NCBI GenBank assembly: GCA_030770535.1
Contig: JASVEC010000027.1
Location: 434,001-498,000, forward strand
Source of the DNA: Batkoa obscura
Taxonomy: Eukaryota
Direction of reading: 5' to 3'
DNA length: 64,000 bases
Positions 1-13,668 of the stretch are shown piece by piece. The stretch's first letter is position 1. The number at the start of each line of letters is the position of its first letter. Position numbers and translations under genes: made by a program. The notes under the pieces are model-generated. The model was given only the letters and a program-made list of their open reading frames with translations, was not told where the DNA came from and made no database searches.

Positions 1-1403
1 TTCCTACGTTTGAAACTATAAGAGTAATACCAACACCATCCTCCGGTTTAAATTTTGCTGCTTGAGTGGCCCAACCCACCTGCATAATACCACCAGAAAG
101 CAATAATACTTCAAAGTACCATTTACCTTAATAAAAAACTGAGTTGTATATAGTATAAATTTATAATGTTATGTTACCATCCGTAACACAAGTGGTGCCT
201 AAAGTAGTAGCAAACCCAATTCTGTCATTTCGACACTATAAATTTATATTATAAAAAACAAATGATAGATAGTAATAAGTTAATTTACTTGGCTTAAATC
301 TTCCGAAAACTTAATAAATGAACTCGAGCTACACCAATCTAAAGCGCAATTGATATCTGAAAATAAAGCTTCTTGAGCAGCCTTTTATTTTATAACAGTT
401 AATAATTTACAAATAGTATTATAAACAAATTCTTACTTGGTTTGGAACTGGGATTTCTAAAACAAAAATAAGTAAAGGAGTCTTAATAACTATTCAATAT
501 AAAATTACCCAAAAAATCAACCTTAGAGTGCAATACACAAAACTTAATCTGATGAGTTAAATTCGACTTTAGATTCAACTTGTCAAGATAATCTTTAAGC
601 AATTGTTTATAATTAGCTTCCAACAACTTTTGTTTATTCTCATCTAAAGTAACAAAATTAATATTAGTAGATAATAATACTAGAATATCGATCTTCAACT
701 TACTAGTCAGTGCAAAATTTTCTAATGAAATAAAAGTAAATAGATGGGTATAATGGCTATAATCTCCTTTAATATTATCAAGTAATAGTTCCATAACATC
801 ATTATCGAATAGTTTACTACTCCCTTTACCAGCTAATTTTTCCGCAATGATACCTAATATAATGGAACTTATACAACGTAATCGATCACTTTCCTCTTGA
901 TTTTTTACTAATAATTGGAATAAAAGATTAGTCTCATATTAACTACTATTATAAGTTAATCTACTAGTTTTTATTTTTTTAACAATTTTTTGTACTAATT
1001 TATTCAAGGTATCAAAATTTGGTAACGCTGTAATCTCTATTGTTTGTTGTTGTTAGAAAATATGACTTAATTGCTAAGTTCAAGTTCGTTACCTAATATA
1101 TGCGATACTAATTGGGGACTAAGTTCATCATGGGTATCCAAAGTGTCCATTAGATACAGTAACACATCGACGAATCTTTTTGCTAGTAATAGAACATTAG
1201 TGTCTCTCCCTTAATGAGTTGGCGTATCATCAATTTGTAAGTTTACCTTGATGAGATAACTGAATTAACTCTTCGGTAGCTTTAATAACCTCTTCACTTG
1301 TATCATTAAAAATTAAAGACAATCTAGATAATTGAACTAATCTTTCAAATTGGTTTTTAATTCTATATTTGTGATATCTTTCTCTTAAGTTAGTTAATAG
1401 CAT
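1..1403 (-). CDS. SPRY-domain protein, RSPRY1-like; multi-exon, 3' end runs off the window
   Basis: ATG at 1403 (MLLTNLRERY...), with several GT-AG introns. ORF 483-794 is one exon. The exon near 30-125 reads GKWYFEVLLLSGGIMQVGWATQAAKFKPEDGV, matching the SPRY motif of RSPRY1/RNF123. Confidence 0.7.
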
Positions 1404-1852
1404 AATAATTGACTAAATAAACAAAAAATAAAAAACAAAAAATTAGAAAATAATAATAATAGTGTGTCTATTAAAATTTAATATAAAACTATAATTTATT
1501 TCTATCTAATTTCAATAAATTAAACTAAATTTAGTAAATTTTAATCAAAAGTTAGAATTCGCTTTTTATTTAACAAAGTTGATCTTATTCGAAGCTTATC
1601 GTATTTATAAATTTATACGCTTCAAACATCCTTCTTATTAAGCTTAATTTTTGATCTCCAACTTAGTAATTGTAAAATTAATCTTTAAAGGATATTTTTT
1701 AATTTTGAGTAGCTTGTTATTTTAATAAAAATGATACATGAATTGATTTTAAACAAATATATTATTATTATGCTTTATGATTTAGTTTATTTATGATTCA
1801 AAAAAATGCAGTTTTTATTATTTTAATATATTCTAATCCATATAACCGTTAA

Positions 1853-1934
1853 GTCAATTTGGCCGAGCGGTCTAAGGCGTTGCACTTAAGATGCAATCTC
1901 GAGAGAGGCGTGGGTTCGAACCCCACAGTTGACA
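1853..1934 (+). tRNA. tRNA-Leu(UAA)
   Basis: GTCAATT/AGTTGAC acceptor stem, TTGCA-CTTAAGA-TGCAA anticodon arm, long variable arm, GTTCGAA T-loop. Confidence 0.96.
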
Positions 1935-2484
1935 TTAAATTTTGCACTAAATAGGAAGTGAATTATAAAATTTTATTTTCAATTTAAACTTCCCCATTTA
2001 TAGTAACTTTCCTTAATCAAACTTTTTTAGTCAATTGTTGTAAGATGGAACGATTAACTGGATCAATAAAATAGAATATAGATAAATTTGTATTTTTTTT
2101 GTTAGATTTTTTATATTAAGATAGCATTTTTTTATTATATGGTTTGATGTAGAAATGTTAGTTCTTTTGAAAAAAATCATAAGGTCAATAACCAGCTATT
2201 ATTTTTTGTATAAAGTCATATGAATCAAACCATGAGTGAAGTGAAATAATAATATTTTTCATAAACCAGTGTTTAGAAATATGAAAAAGAATTCTTATAT
2301 TGCCACTACAAGTAACAATTACTAATAAAACTACACAAAATTTTACAGAAAAACCAAGTGTTTTATTATTTAAAAAAACCAAGTCTTATTATTTATTTGG
2401 AAAATAAAATAAGCTTTTAAATTATAGAATAAAAAGAATATTTTTTATTACTATTATTCTCCAAAATAAGAACCCTGAAAAAGC

Positions 2485-2652
2485 TATACCGTTGCAGCTC
2501 TTTTATGAATTACTTTGTTAATCATTCAAGAAATAAATTGGTGTTATATTATGCTAAATATATAGGTTCAGGCATTAAAAAAAATTGCCATATAAATGAT
2601 TTATTTATAAAAATTAATGCTATAAAGTCATAAAAGAGTTACAGCAGCTGTA
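2485..2652. mobile_element. MITE family B (~168 bp, TA-flanked)
   Basis: Imperfect ~24-bp TIRs (GTTGCAGCTCTTTTATGA / TCATAAAAGAGTTACAGCAGCTG). Aligns by eye with the reverse complement of 36689-36856. Confidence 0.65.
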
Positions 2653-3185
2653 AATTAGGAGTTTTATGCATATTTTAAAAATGATGAAATCAGCCAAGCT
2701 TTTTTTTTGGAATATTGAATATTAGTTTATAAATTATAAATTATTAAAGTGATAAAGTAGTCATCTAAAAGTATTTATTTTATAAATATTCACATATAAA
2801 TTTATCAAGACTCTCTATCATGGTTCTTATGAATAACTCCACTTCTAAAATATACAATTTTCAAGTTTAGCCTAAATTTAATTTAGAAAATAAATCAAAA
2901 GTTGAGATATTTTGGTGGCTTATTTTAATAATTATCACTATTTATTACTAAGAAAGGATAGCTAATAAAAAGAAACTTAGTTAAAAGGTTAATCTTAGAT
3001 CATTGGTTTATTTAAGTAAACCACATTAGCTTTAACCACCACCAAAACTGAGTCTTCATAAATATAAATATTGAGGTTTTCCACTTTTATTATTATTTTG
3101 CTATTTGAATTCTTATTTTCTTTTTTCTTTTCAATATTTTTCATCTTATAATACATTTATATAGCAATAAATACAGAGAAAGAAA

Positions 3186-5459
3186 ATGAAGCAAGCAACG
3201 GAAGGCATTAATGGTCCATTTGAAAATAATAAAATTAAAATTGAAGGTGGTTGGTTTAAAGATATTATTAGTCATCGAACAGTAGGCTTTCGAGGAATCA
3301 ACTTAGGTGGAAATAGTAAATTGCCAGTGAATTGGACAACCTCTAACGGAATTGATGCATATGATATTGATAATTTAAGTTTTATAGGAAAACCATTACC
3401 TTTAGCAGAAGCAGAAGAACATTGTTTAAGATTACGTTATTGGGGATTTAATTTTTTACGTTTATTAGTACCTTGGGAAAGTATTGAACATCAAGGACCT
3501 GGTAAATATGACGAAAATCAAATGAATTATATTATTAAATTATTATTTGTATTTAAAAAATTTGGTTTAAAATGTTTGATTGACCCTCATCAAGATACTT
3601 GGTCTAGATTATGTGGTGGTAGTGGGATGCCTAATTGGACTTTATATTTAGCTGGTTTAGATCCAAGAAAATTTAAACAAACTATTTCAGCGGTTACTAT
3701 GTTTGAACATGACCCTCCATTAGAATATCCCATTATGACTTGGCCAACTAATTATGGTAGATTAGCTACAGCTACTATGTTTACTTTATTTTTTGCTGGT
3801 GAAAAATTAGCCCCTAAATGTACAATATATGATGAACAATTAAATCAATTAGTTAATATACAAACTTATTTACAAGATAAATATTGTTTAGCTTATCAAT
3901 ATTTGTTTTCAAAAATACACAAAGAAGATTTATTAAATAGTGTTGTATTGGGTATTGATACATTAAATGAACCATCTGAAGGTTTTATTGAAACGGAAGA
4001 TATTACAAAATTACCTTTAATATCAATGACATCAACAAGAAATGGACCAACTCCTACAGTATTAGAAAGTTTTTTATTAGGTGAAGGTAATTCAGTTGAA
4101 GTAGCTAAATATAGTTTAAGCACATTTGGATTTGTTAAAGAAGGTACAGTAAGAGTTGATCCAAAAGGAGAAAATGTATGGTTAAAAGAAGGGGAGAGTA
4201 TATTACCTAATTTGTTTTTCCCACCTTGGCAGCCATGGCAAAAAGAAGGACAATGTATTTGGCATATGCATGGGGTTTGGGATAGAGCAACCAAAAAAGC
4301 ATTATTACCTAATTATTTTTCAATTGATCCTATTAATGGTAATAAATATAATTATTTAAAAGATTTTTGGAAACCATTTGTAAGAAAAATTACATCTTAT
4401 ATAAGAACAATTCAACCTGATATTATTATTTTTATTGAACCACCTGTCAATGCAGTACCACCTAAATTTACAAAAGAAGAAGGAGATCCTATAGAAAATA
4501 TTGTATATTCCCCACACTGGTATGATGGGAAAACTTTAGTAACATTAAAATTTGATTGGTGGACATTTGATTATTTAGGATTTATTAGAGGAAAATATTG
4601 GTTTATTGGACAAGCTTTAAAATTAGGACGTAAAGATGTACGTAAATGTTTTGAAGAAATGATTGAAATGATAGCAAATGAAGGCAAATTGGCATTTCCT
4701 AATGCACCCTTATTAATTGGTGAATGTGGTATACCATTTAATATGGTTAATTCTAATGCCTTTAAAAATGGAGATTATAAAGAACAAATTGATGCATTAG
4801 ATGCTACTTTAAATGCAACAGAACAGATTGGTGGTATGTGTACATTATGGAATTATTGTATTGATAATAATCATTTAGAAGGAGATTTATGGAATCGAGA
4901 AGATTTATCAATTTATTCCAAAGATTGCAAAAATCAACATGAATTTGATATAAATCAATTTAATTTATATACCATTCCATTAGATAAAGGTGGTAGAGCA
5001 TTAGAAGCTGCTATTCGACCTTATGCTTTGTTTACACCAGGTATACCATTATCTCATCAATTTACATTAGCTAAAGATAATAAGTCAGGGGTACCTTATT
5101 ATACTTATAGTTTTAAGGGTTTTGAAAATAATACTAATGACGATTTAAATGATAAAATGATCAATAAATGTGAATTATTTTTACCAGTTCATCATTTCCC
5201 ACCTGCAACTCAACTAAATGTTCAAATTAATGAAGGTCATTGGGAATTAAATTTAACAGCAATGAATTCAAATACTAAAGGAGATAATAATAATAATAAT
5301 AGTTTATATGATGGTTATACAGTTGATCAACCACTCTATCAAGTCTTAATTTGGTCATTTGATTTTCCATTATCTTCTGAAGTTATTTATACTATTAAAA
5401 TTACTCATGCTGATTCCCCTTTCCCTACTCTGGTCAACAAAAGTTATTTCTTTTGCTAA
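3186..5459 (+). CDS. GH5 endoglycoceramidase-related / steryl-beta-glucosidase (EGCrP, yeast EGH1-like)
   Basis: 757-aa intronless ORF. Motifs RGINLGG, WESIEH, DPHQDTWSR, catalytic NEP, YSPHWYD and IGECG. Confidence 0.88.
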   Translation: MKQATEGINGPFENNKIKIEGGWFKDIISHRTVGFRGINLGGNSKLPVNWTTSNGIDAYDIDNLSFIGKPLPLAEAEEHCLRLRYWGFNFLRLLVPWESIEHQGPGKYDENQMNYIIKLLFVFKKFGLKCLIDPHQDTWSRLCGGSGMPNWTLYLAGLDPRKFKQTISAVTMFEHDPPLEYPIMTWPTNYGRLATATMFTLFFAGEKLAPKCTIYDEQLNQLVNIQTYLQDKYCLAYQYLFSKIHKEDLLNSVVLGIDTLNEPSEGFIETEDITKLPLISMTSTRNGPTPTVLESFLLGEGNSVEVAKYSLSTFGFVKEGTVRVDPKGENVWLKEGESILPNLFFPPWQPWQKEGQCIWHMHGVWDRATKKALLPNYFSIDPINGNKYNYLKDFWKPFVRKITSYIRTIQPDIIIFIEPPVNAVPPKFTKEEGDPIENIVYSPHWYDGKTLVTLKFDWWTFDYLGFIRGKYWFIGQALKLGRKDVRKCFEEMIEMIANEGKLAFPNAPLLIGECGIPFNMVNSNAFKNGDYKEQIDALDATLNATEQIGGMCTLWNYCIDNNHLEGDLWNREDLSIYSKDCKNQHEFDINQFNLYTIPLDKGGRALEAAIRPYALFTPGIPLSHQFTLAKDNKSGVPYYTYSFKGFENNTNDDLNDKMINKCELFLPVHHFPPATQLNVQINEGHWELNLTAMNSNTKGDNNNNNSLYDGYTVDQPLYQVLIWSFDFPLSSEVIYTIKITHADSPFPTLVNKSYFFC

Positions 5460-5559
5460 TTCTATTCTATTTCTAATATTCTTTCCTTTTTTGCTAAATA
5501 CTCGCTCTTGATTCTAAATCTCTTTGAATTTTGTTAAGATTTAAATTCTAATAAAATAT

Positions 5560-5666
5560 GTGGGTATTTTTTTTAATTTCATTACTTTCTCCACTTTTTA
5601 AGCGCTATTTGAGTGGAAAAATTGTTAGTAAAATTCTTAAATACAGAAATACAGAAATATATTTCC
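5560..5666. mobile_element. MITE family A (Sola2-like, ~99 bp)
   Basis: Core TTTAAGCGCTATTTGAGTGGAAAAATTGTTAGTAAAATTC, ATAT flanks, small internal duplication. Confidence 0.8.
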
Positions 5667-6055
5667 ATATAATTGATTTTTCAAAATGACGTAACTATTA
5701 AATAATTTTAATGTATAATCAATTAATCAGATAGTAATATGAATTATAAACGAAGTAGAAATAGAGGTTGACTATGTTTAAATTATGTGAATACCTTCAA
5801 TGTGAAAATATAATTTAATTTACAAAACAGAGATTTTAACTAAATAGATTACTATTGTAAATATGAAATCCTCTCAAAAAAAAACTAACTTTATTTTAAT
5901 TTTAATTTAATTTAATACCATTTCTATCTATTACTGCATATCACCTACCATTACTATTAACATAATATTAATACAAATATATATGTTTAATCATAAATAA
6001 ATTTATTTTTTATTAAAATCTTACAAACCAGTTGAAACAATTCAAATCCTCTTAT

Positions 6056-6574
6056 TTATTCCATTATTTTTTCTATTAACCCATCCTTATACAAGTAAAT
6101 AAACTTAGGTTCTTCTTTTTTCTTTAATTCAATATCACAATGATAACCTATCCATAATCCACAATTATTACATTGATAACGAAATTGTAATTCAATGCCT
6201 TCTTCTCTAGATTACAGGAAATGAGATTAAAATAAATTATTAAAGTAATGGAATAAATAATAATAATAAAGATGCTAAAAAGATAAATGATAAATAATGA
6301 TATTAAGTTTCTTTTTTACCTTTTTAAAGCAATCTGTTGACCTAATTCAAATTTGGATTCAAAATTCACTTTTTCTGTATCTATGATATAACTGTTCTCA
6401 ATTTTACGTTGAGGTAAGGAATCTAATTTCCTATCTTTATTTGAATTATTTTAACAAGTTAAGAGGATGAAATTATGTGGATAATATAGAATTACCTAAA
6501 GCTAAACAAAAAGCCCCACATACACAAAAATAAGGGGTTAAATTTTGAGTTTGAGTTGGTGGATTACAATTCAT
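6056..6574 (-). CDS. STEEP1/CXorf56 (UPF0428) homolog, 3 exons
   Basis: Exons 6574-6496, 6434-6320 and 6206-6056 splice to PYFCVCGAFCLALDRKLDSLPQR...KREEGIELQFRYQCNNCGLWIGY. Missed by the ORF track. Confidence 0.8.
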
Positions 6575-6704
6575 AATTTTAAATAATAATAAAATAAGAA
6601 AAGATTAAAAAAATAGAACATGAATTTCAATTTAAAAAAACTCAAAAAAAAATTCAATTTAAAAAAATTTCCATTCCATTTAATATTTTTCTTTCTATTT
6701 ATTT

Positions 6705-8033
6705 TTATAAATCTAAATAAATAGGTTTAAACTCCCCAAAAAAGTCTTTCATAATATCATCCCCATCCGTAGCCATCCCACTTAATACTTGTCTCGCTTC
6801 CATTTGAAACCATAATTTTAACCACCAAGAGGTACTACCACCACCACCTGGTAAACTTTTTAATGCATTTTCACCTCTATTAGTCATACCTAAATCTCTT
6901 AATACAGGTAATGCCATTTTAAAAAGATCTAATTCCGGATTTAAACTTCTACCAATACCTTCTAAAATTAGGATACTTATTACTACATTAATAAAATCGC
7001 CTTCTAATTTAACTTGATGTTCACGTACCATGGTCATAACTCTTGATAATATATCCGAAATATTAACTTTAGATAATTGAAATGTTTTTTTACGTATATC
7101 TAATACTAAATGTTGCATTTTTAAGGCAAAGACATCACCATCAATAACACTAGAAGGACTACGACTCCTTTCAACCATTAATTGACCTGCTTTATAACCA
7201 TCAAATTCTGCTACCGCTTTAAATAAATCTAAAAAGTTTATACGATTTTGTTCATCTAAAGTAGTCACTAAACCAGCATCTAAAAAAACTAATTGTGGGT
7301 AATAACCTTGATTATACAATTTATCAATTGCAGAATCAAATTCTTCACTACTTGTTTTTTGATTTAATAACATTTTAGTAATTTCATCCGATTCATTTGT
7401 TGTTGGATAATTAAATATTCGTGATATAATTTTATCTAATAAGGATGCTGCTGTAGGTCGATAAAATCTTACTAATAAATTACCTGCATGTAAATCGGCA
7501 TGAATAAAATTATCAAAGATTAACATATGTAAAAAAGCATCTAATCCAATAGCTGAAATATTTAAATCAAATGGAGTCGCTTTTTTTGCTTGTAAAAAAT
7601 AACTCATTGGAACAGCAAATTCAAATAATTCTACTAACACTTTTTTAGAAGTCCATAAAACAAGTGGACGGGGAAATTTAATTGAATATCGATCTTTAAA
7701 ATTATTTCGAAATCTCAATAAATTCTCGGCTTCTTTACGTAAATCTAATTGGTCTTGCATCATTAAACCAAAAATAGCTACTTCTTCTCTTAAAGATAAC
7801 CATTGAAAATGAGGTATTATTGATATTAATTTAGCACCAAAATCCATTATTAATAAATCTCTTCTTATAAATTTATCAATATTAGGATGTAATACTTTAA
7901 TAGCTACATAATCTGGATTGGGTTTATTTAATTGTAATTCTTTTATAGCTAATTCAGATTCAAATGAATCTTTCTTTACTATTGGAGAAAAATTAGTTTT
8001 TGGTTTAGCTCTATAAACCTAATACAATATGTT

Positions 8034-8064
<31 letters not shown>

Positions 8065-8874
8065 TACCTGTGCAATTGCTCCAACGCCAACAGGTTCTGG
8101 TTCAAAATCAGTAAATAAATCTTCAATCGGTAAACCATATGTTTCTAATATAATTTTACGAGTATCTTCTAAAGAATGGGGTTTAGCAAAGGTTTGTAAT
8201 TGAGCTAATATAAAACATAATTGTTTTGGAAAGATATCAGTTCTTGATGCTGCCCATTGACCTAACTAAAAAAATAAAGCAATAATTTAATTATTAATAT
8301 TATTGATTGAAGTTAATATAAAATTTACCTTAATGAAAGTAGGACCTCCTTTTTCTAAACATTGTCTTAATAAATTAAACCACCATAAACTACCTATAGT
8401 TTCATTTCCTTTTTCTACAACTCTATCACCATAATAAACAATTGGAAAAGTTAATATCAAGGGCAAAAATGTATAAGTTAAATATAAAAATCGAAATGAT
8501 ACTTTAATAGGTTCAATTATCCATTGATCTAATAATGTTATAAATTCATTCCATAATTGAATTATTATATTCGTTGATTTAAGTTTCTTTATAGTAATAA
8601 GATCAGGCAAAGGTTCAGAATCTTGTTGTAAATTTAAAATTAATCCACCAGTAGTTAACAAGCTTCTTTTTATTATTAAGGAAATATTATTGTTGAATGA
8701 ATGATGATTATTTTTATATCCATTTTTAAAATTATTTGTTCTTTTTAAATGAAATTTATTATTGTTTATGAAATTTAAATTGAGGTTATTTTTATATGAT
8801 GAATGTATAATAGTTGTATATATTCTTTTATTTAATTGTGAATATTGATTCGTTTTCAGTTGATGTAATAACAT
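6705..8874 (-). CDS. Mitochondrial ABC1/UbiB atypical kinase (ADCK2 / YPL109C-CQD1-like), 3 exons
   Basis: GPTFIK|LGQWAASRTDIFP across an intron (~8264-8327), VGAIAQ|VY across an intron (~8019-8067), VAIKVLHP, HADLHAGN, FLDAGL. Confidence 0.9.
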
Positions 8875-9766
8875 AATTGATTTGATCTAAAAGTTAAGAG
8901 ATTGATAAGGATGTGAGTATGTATTTTAAAAAGTTGAAGATTGAAAAAAGTTTATATTCAATATATTGAGTATGAATGGAAATTATGACGTTTTTTTTCT
9001 AAAGTGAATTTAAGTTGAAAATAAATGTGATTTAAAAATGATAAAAGAATAAAATAAAATAAAATAAAACAAAATAAAAATTGATTTTTCATCATTTTAT
9101 TAACTTTGCTGCGATGACCGTGAAAATTGAATGATTAATTAACTTGATTTGGTAAGAGTTAAAAGGATTATGAATATTATAAATATTATAGAATTATTAG
9201 CAAATAATGACTTTTTATTTTAACTATTTATGATATTTTCATTTATTTTTACTTCCGATCATAATAATAAATTATTTTATTTGAGATTTAAATTAATCTT
9301 TAAAATGTCCACACCACTTACCTTACTAATTTTCAATTGCTATTAAAGAGCTGTAAATCTCATTAACAAAACACATAATCAGATCAAACTTTCAATCCAA
9401 TAATAGCAACTAAGCCATCCACTCCTTTTCCATTAACCAATGCCTTTAAATAGAAAATAAACCAATCAAAAGAGATGATCTATTACAATTGAAAAATCAT
9501 CAACCAAAAAAGAGGAATTTCAAACACAGTCTTGATTGGCTTAGGAAGATTAAGCTAAATTCTAAACAGCAAAATTAACTAACAAATCTTTAAAAAAATT
9601 GACCAACTTTTTTGTAAATAACAAAGTTTTTCTATTTTAAAAAAAAAGGTATTTACTCCACAAAAATTATTTATAATCCAAATCTAAACCCAATACAATA
9701 AATATTACAAATTATAACTACATTGTTTAACTCTCATTTATTTTAAAGAAGAAAGAAAGAAGCAAA

Positions 9767-12212
9767 ATGAATCCTGAAGTAACTACTGCTGGGACCCCAA
9801 CCCCAACTGAAACGGATGAAAATTTATACCCCATTGCTGTTTTAATTGATGAGTTAAAGCATGAAGATATCAGTTTACGTATCAATGCCATACGTCGAAT
9901 TTCTACTATTGCATTAGCTTTAGGACCGGAACGTACACGTACGGAGTTATTACCTTTTTTGGATGGTAAGTGGCGATTATGATTTCAATTTAAATATGAA
10001 AAGAATGTAAGATAGCTATGTTAATTGATTGATTTTATATAGAGAGTATCGATGATGAAGATGAGTTATTGTCTATTTTAGCTGAAGAATTAGGGGAGTT
10101 TGTACCTTTAGTAGGGGGTAACGATAACGCTCACCTTATCTTACAACCATTAGAAAATTTAGCTATTGTTGAAGAAACTGCGGTGCGTAGTAAAGTAACT
10201 CTAATATGTTTTCATTTTATTATAGATAGTAATGATTAATAAAATAAATGAACAGGCCGTAGAATCCTTAAATAAAATTGGTGACGTATTATCTGGAAAA
10301 CAAATTGAAGATTATTTTGTACCCGTTATTCGTCGATTAGCTAATGGTAATTGGTTTACTAATAAAACTAGTAGTGCAGGTTTGTTTTCTAAAGCTTATA
10401 GTAAGTGTGGTAATGATTTTAAACCTGAATTGAGAAAGTAAGTTTGATTTGATAAGGAATCTTTTAAATGTTTAATAATGTATTTTCTTTATATATTAGA
10501 CTTTATGGTACTCTTTGTAATGATGAAACTCCTATGGTTCGCCGTGCTGCTGGTACTCATTTTTCTGTAGGTTATTTTATTACATGATTTAAATAAGAAT
10601 GTTAATTTTTGTTATTTTATAGTCTTTGATTGAATTTGTTGATACTGAACATATTATACCGGATATTTTACCACAATTTAATCGTCTTCTTAATGATGAC
10701 CAAGTAAATTTAATTTAATAATTTCATTATTATTTTAATAATAATAATAATTTTTATTTTAGGATTCTGTTAAATTATTAACAGTAGAACCTTTAGTTGC
10801 CATCTGTGGTAAATTAGATGAAGAAGATATCCATAATCATTTAAGGAAAGCTATTCAAGCTTTATGTAATGACAAATCATGGAGAGTACGTTATATGGTA
10901 TCAGAACATTTTGTAAAAGTAAGTTTAATTTTTATTTTATAAGAAATGAACTGTTATTAAATAATTTATAAAGTTAGCAAAATCAGTTCCAAATAAAATA
11001 GTATTTGAAGATTTATTACCTACTTTTTGCTCTTTACTAAGTGATAAAGAAGCTGAAGTTAGAGTTTCTATTACTGGTCAAATTGCTGGTAGGTTCATGT
11101 TATAATACTTAAAAGTAGAATTAATTAGATGTTTCTATAGGATTTGGTGAAATCATTGGTACTGAAAAAATTATTGATCATGTGTTACCAATATTACAAA
11201 CACTTACAGTGGACACATCTCAACATGTACGTGCTTCTTTAGCTAGTAATATATCTGGATTAGCTCCTATCCTTGAAAAAGATTTGTAAATTTTTAATTA
11301 ATTAATTAGTTATTTTTGATATTAATTATTTAATTTCTTAGAACCATTGAACGACTTTTACCCTTATTTTTACGATTACTTAAAGATGAGTTCCCAGATG
11401 TTAGATTAAATATTATATCTCGTTTAGAACAAGTTAATAAGAGTAAAATTTAAATTTAAATTTAAACATAGAACGTATTAATAGTAAATATTAATTAGTT
11501 ATTGGTGTTGATCTTTTATCTCAATCTTTATTACCAGCTATTGTAGAATTAGCTGAAGATAAACAATGGCGAGTACGTTTAGCAATAATTGAATATATTC
11601 CATTATTAGCTAATCAACTTGGAGAAGAATTTTTTAATGAAAAGTTAGGCAACTTATGTATGTCTTGGTTGGGAGATTCTGTTTATTCTATTCGTGAAGC
11701 TGCTATTGTTAATTTACGTAAACTTACTGAAGCTTTTGGTGTAGAATGGGCTAAAAATAGTATTTTACCAAAAATACTTAATATGTCCACTCATCCTAAT
11801 CATCTCTATCGTATGACTACTATTTTTGCTATAACTGTAAGTTTATTTTTAATTTAAATTTAAATGAGATTGTATTAATCAATTATAATTATTTTTATAG
11901 ATCATTTCTCCCTCTTTAAATTTAGAAGTAGTTAAAGAAATGATATTGCCAGTAGTATTTCAATTAGCCAATGATCCTATTCCAAATATTCGATTTAATG
12001 CAGCTAAATCATTAAAAGCCATTTTAAATGTACTTTCTAATTGTCAAGAAGATGTTAGTGAAATTTTAGTTGAAATCAAAAGTACATTAGAAAAATTAAG
12101 TAAGGACTCAGATCGAGATGTTCAATTTTATGCTGCTCAAGCATTAACTGGTAAGTTTGTTAAAATATTTTTGAATGAAAATTAAAGTTAATAAATCTTT
12201 TTAGTGGCTTAA
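9767..12212 (+). CDS. TPD3: Protein phosphatase 2A scaffold subunit A (HEAT repeats), ~12 exons
   Basis: [57 protein letters not shown]. Eleven short GT-AG introns traced. Stop TAA at 12210-12212. Confidence 0.95.
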
Positions 12213-12768
12213 GATGCACTTTTTATTGTGGATTATGTACCAGAAGCTTTTTTACATTCTATTATAAAAATGAGTTATTAGCATGGACTTATTTTAGTTT
12301 TTATAAAAGAGTTTGTTGGTATTGTTTCAATAAATTTTAATTTTTTTTACTATTTTTTATTATTGACTTCTTAAATTGGAGGATGTAATTTTAATATTTT
12401 ATTTTTCTGATTTTAGATGAATAATTTATCTTGATCAAAAGTGAGTTAACTTATAAAAATTTAATGAAAGGATTAAAATGTTAAAAAGAATATTTGCCTA
12501 TTTTTTTATATAATTTTATTCTTTTATATGTCATGATTTCAATTTCAGTTAAAAGTGTTCCAACAATTAAGAATAAATAATTTATAAATAAAATTTTCAT
12601 AAACAATAGTATCAATAAAATGTTAAAAAAATTTAATAATTAAAAATTTTAATTACATTTAAACACTAAGCATCAAACGATATTAACAATAACGAAAAAA
12701 AATAAAAATAAAAAATAGATCAACTATTATAATATTAATATTAATTTCAATTAAAACCTCTCACTTTC

Positions 12769-13668
12769 TTATTTCTTCCTAATTAATTTATAGAAATAAT
12801 AGATTGCTAATTTTGAAGAATCTTCATGAAGTAAAATCAATGATAATGGATTAACAACTACAAATAAACAAGAAGAAATTAAAAATGTAACATCTTCTTC
12901 TTTAGATCTCACTTCATTTGTAGCAATTTCTTTCAAAGAAACCACAGCAGGGGGTAAAATAGTTCCTATATAAAGTGATAACGCAATAACAATTCGAATT
13001 AATGTTTGTATTTTTTTTCTTTTTGCTTTCAATAAAAAATGATCTTTATAAAATCCAGATGCATGACAAATTTTAGAATCTATGTTGGAAAAATAATTTC
13101 TAGTTAAGAAAGTATAACTAATTAATAAGATAATTAAAGTAGTTATATTAACTGAAAAGATAGTAAAATAAGCTAGCTTTGAATAGATATCTAAGTTGAA
13201 TAAAGAAGGTAAATAATAAGCCCCAAATGGCATTAATTGATATTTGGAATTAATTACTAATAAAATAAATGGAGTAATAAATAATAAAATAGTTGTTATA
13301 TAAGCGATAAAAAACAACCATTTGTTCATTTTAATTTTAAATATCAAAATCCAACTTCTTGCTAATGCTAAATAACATACACTTAACATAGATGCTACTA
13401 TTAAACTAGATATTAATAAGCCATTAATTTGACCAAATATTGGGTTTAAATAAAAAGAATTGCCATATACTTTAGAATAAATCCATATACCTAATGTAAA
13501 TAATAATAATCCAATATCACATATTCCCATAGTAGAAATTAATAACATATCAATTGTTTTATAACCTTGTTGATAGATTAAGAAAATAGAAAATAAACTT
13601 AATAAAATTCCAATTAATTCTAATGAAAATATTATAATACTGATAATTGTTTCGATATATGCTTGCAT
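12769..13668 (-). CDS. Seven-transmembrane class-A GPCR-like protein
   Basis: 299-aa intronless ORF with seven hydrophobic segments. TM2 Asp (ICD), LARSW at the DRY position, basic ICL3, TM7 NP. Confidence 0.72.
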   Translation of the reverse strand: MQAYIETIISIIIFSLELIGILLSLFSIFLIYQQGYKTIDMLLISTMGICDIGLLLFTLGIWIYSKVYGNSFYLNPIFGQINGLLISSLIVASMLSVCYLALARSWILIFKIKMNKWLFFIAYITTILLFITPFILLVINSKYQLMPFGAYYLPSLFNLDIYSKLAYFTIFSVNITTLIILLISYTFLTRNYFSNIDSKICHASGFYKDHFLLKAKRKKIQTLIRIVIALSLYIGTILPPAVVSLKEIATNEVRSKEEDVTFLISSCLFVVVNPLSLILLHEDSSKLAIYYFYKLIRKK

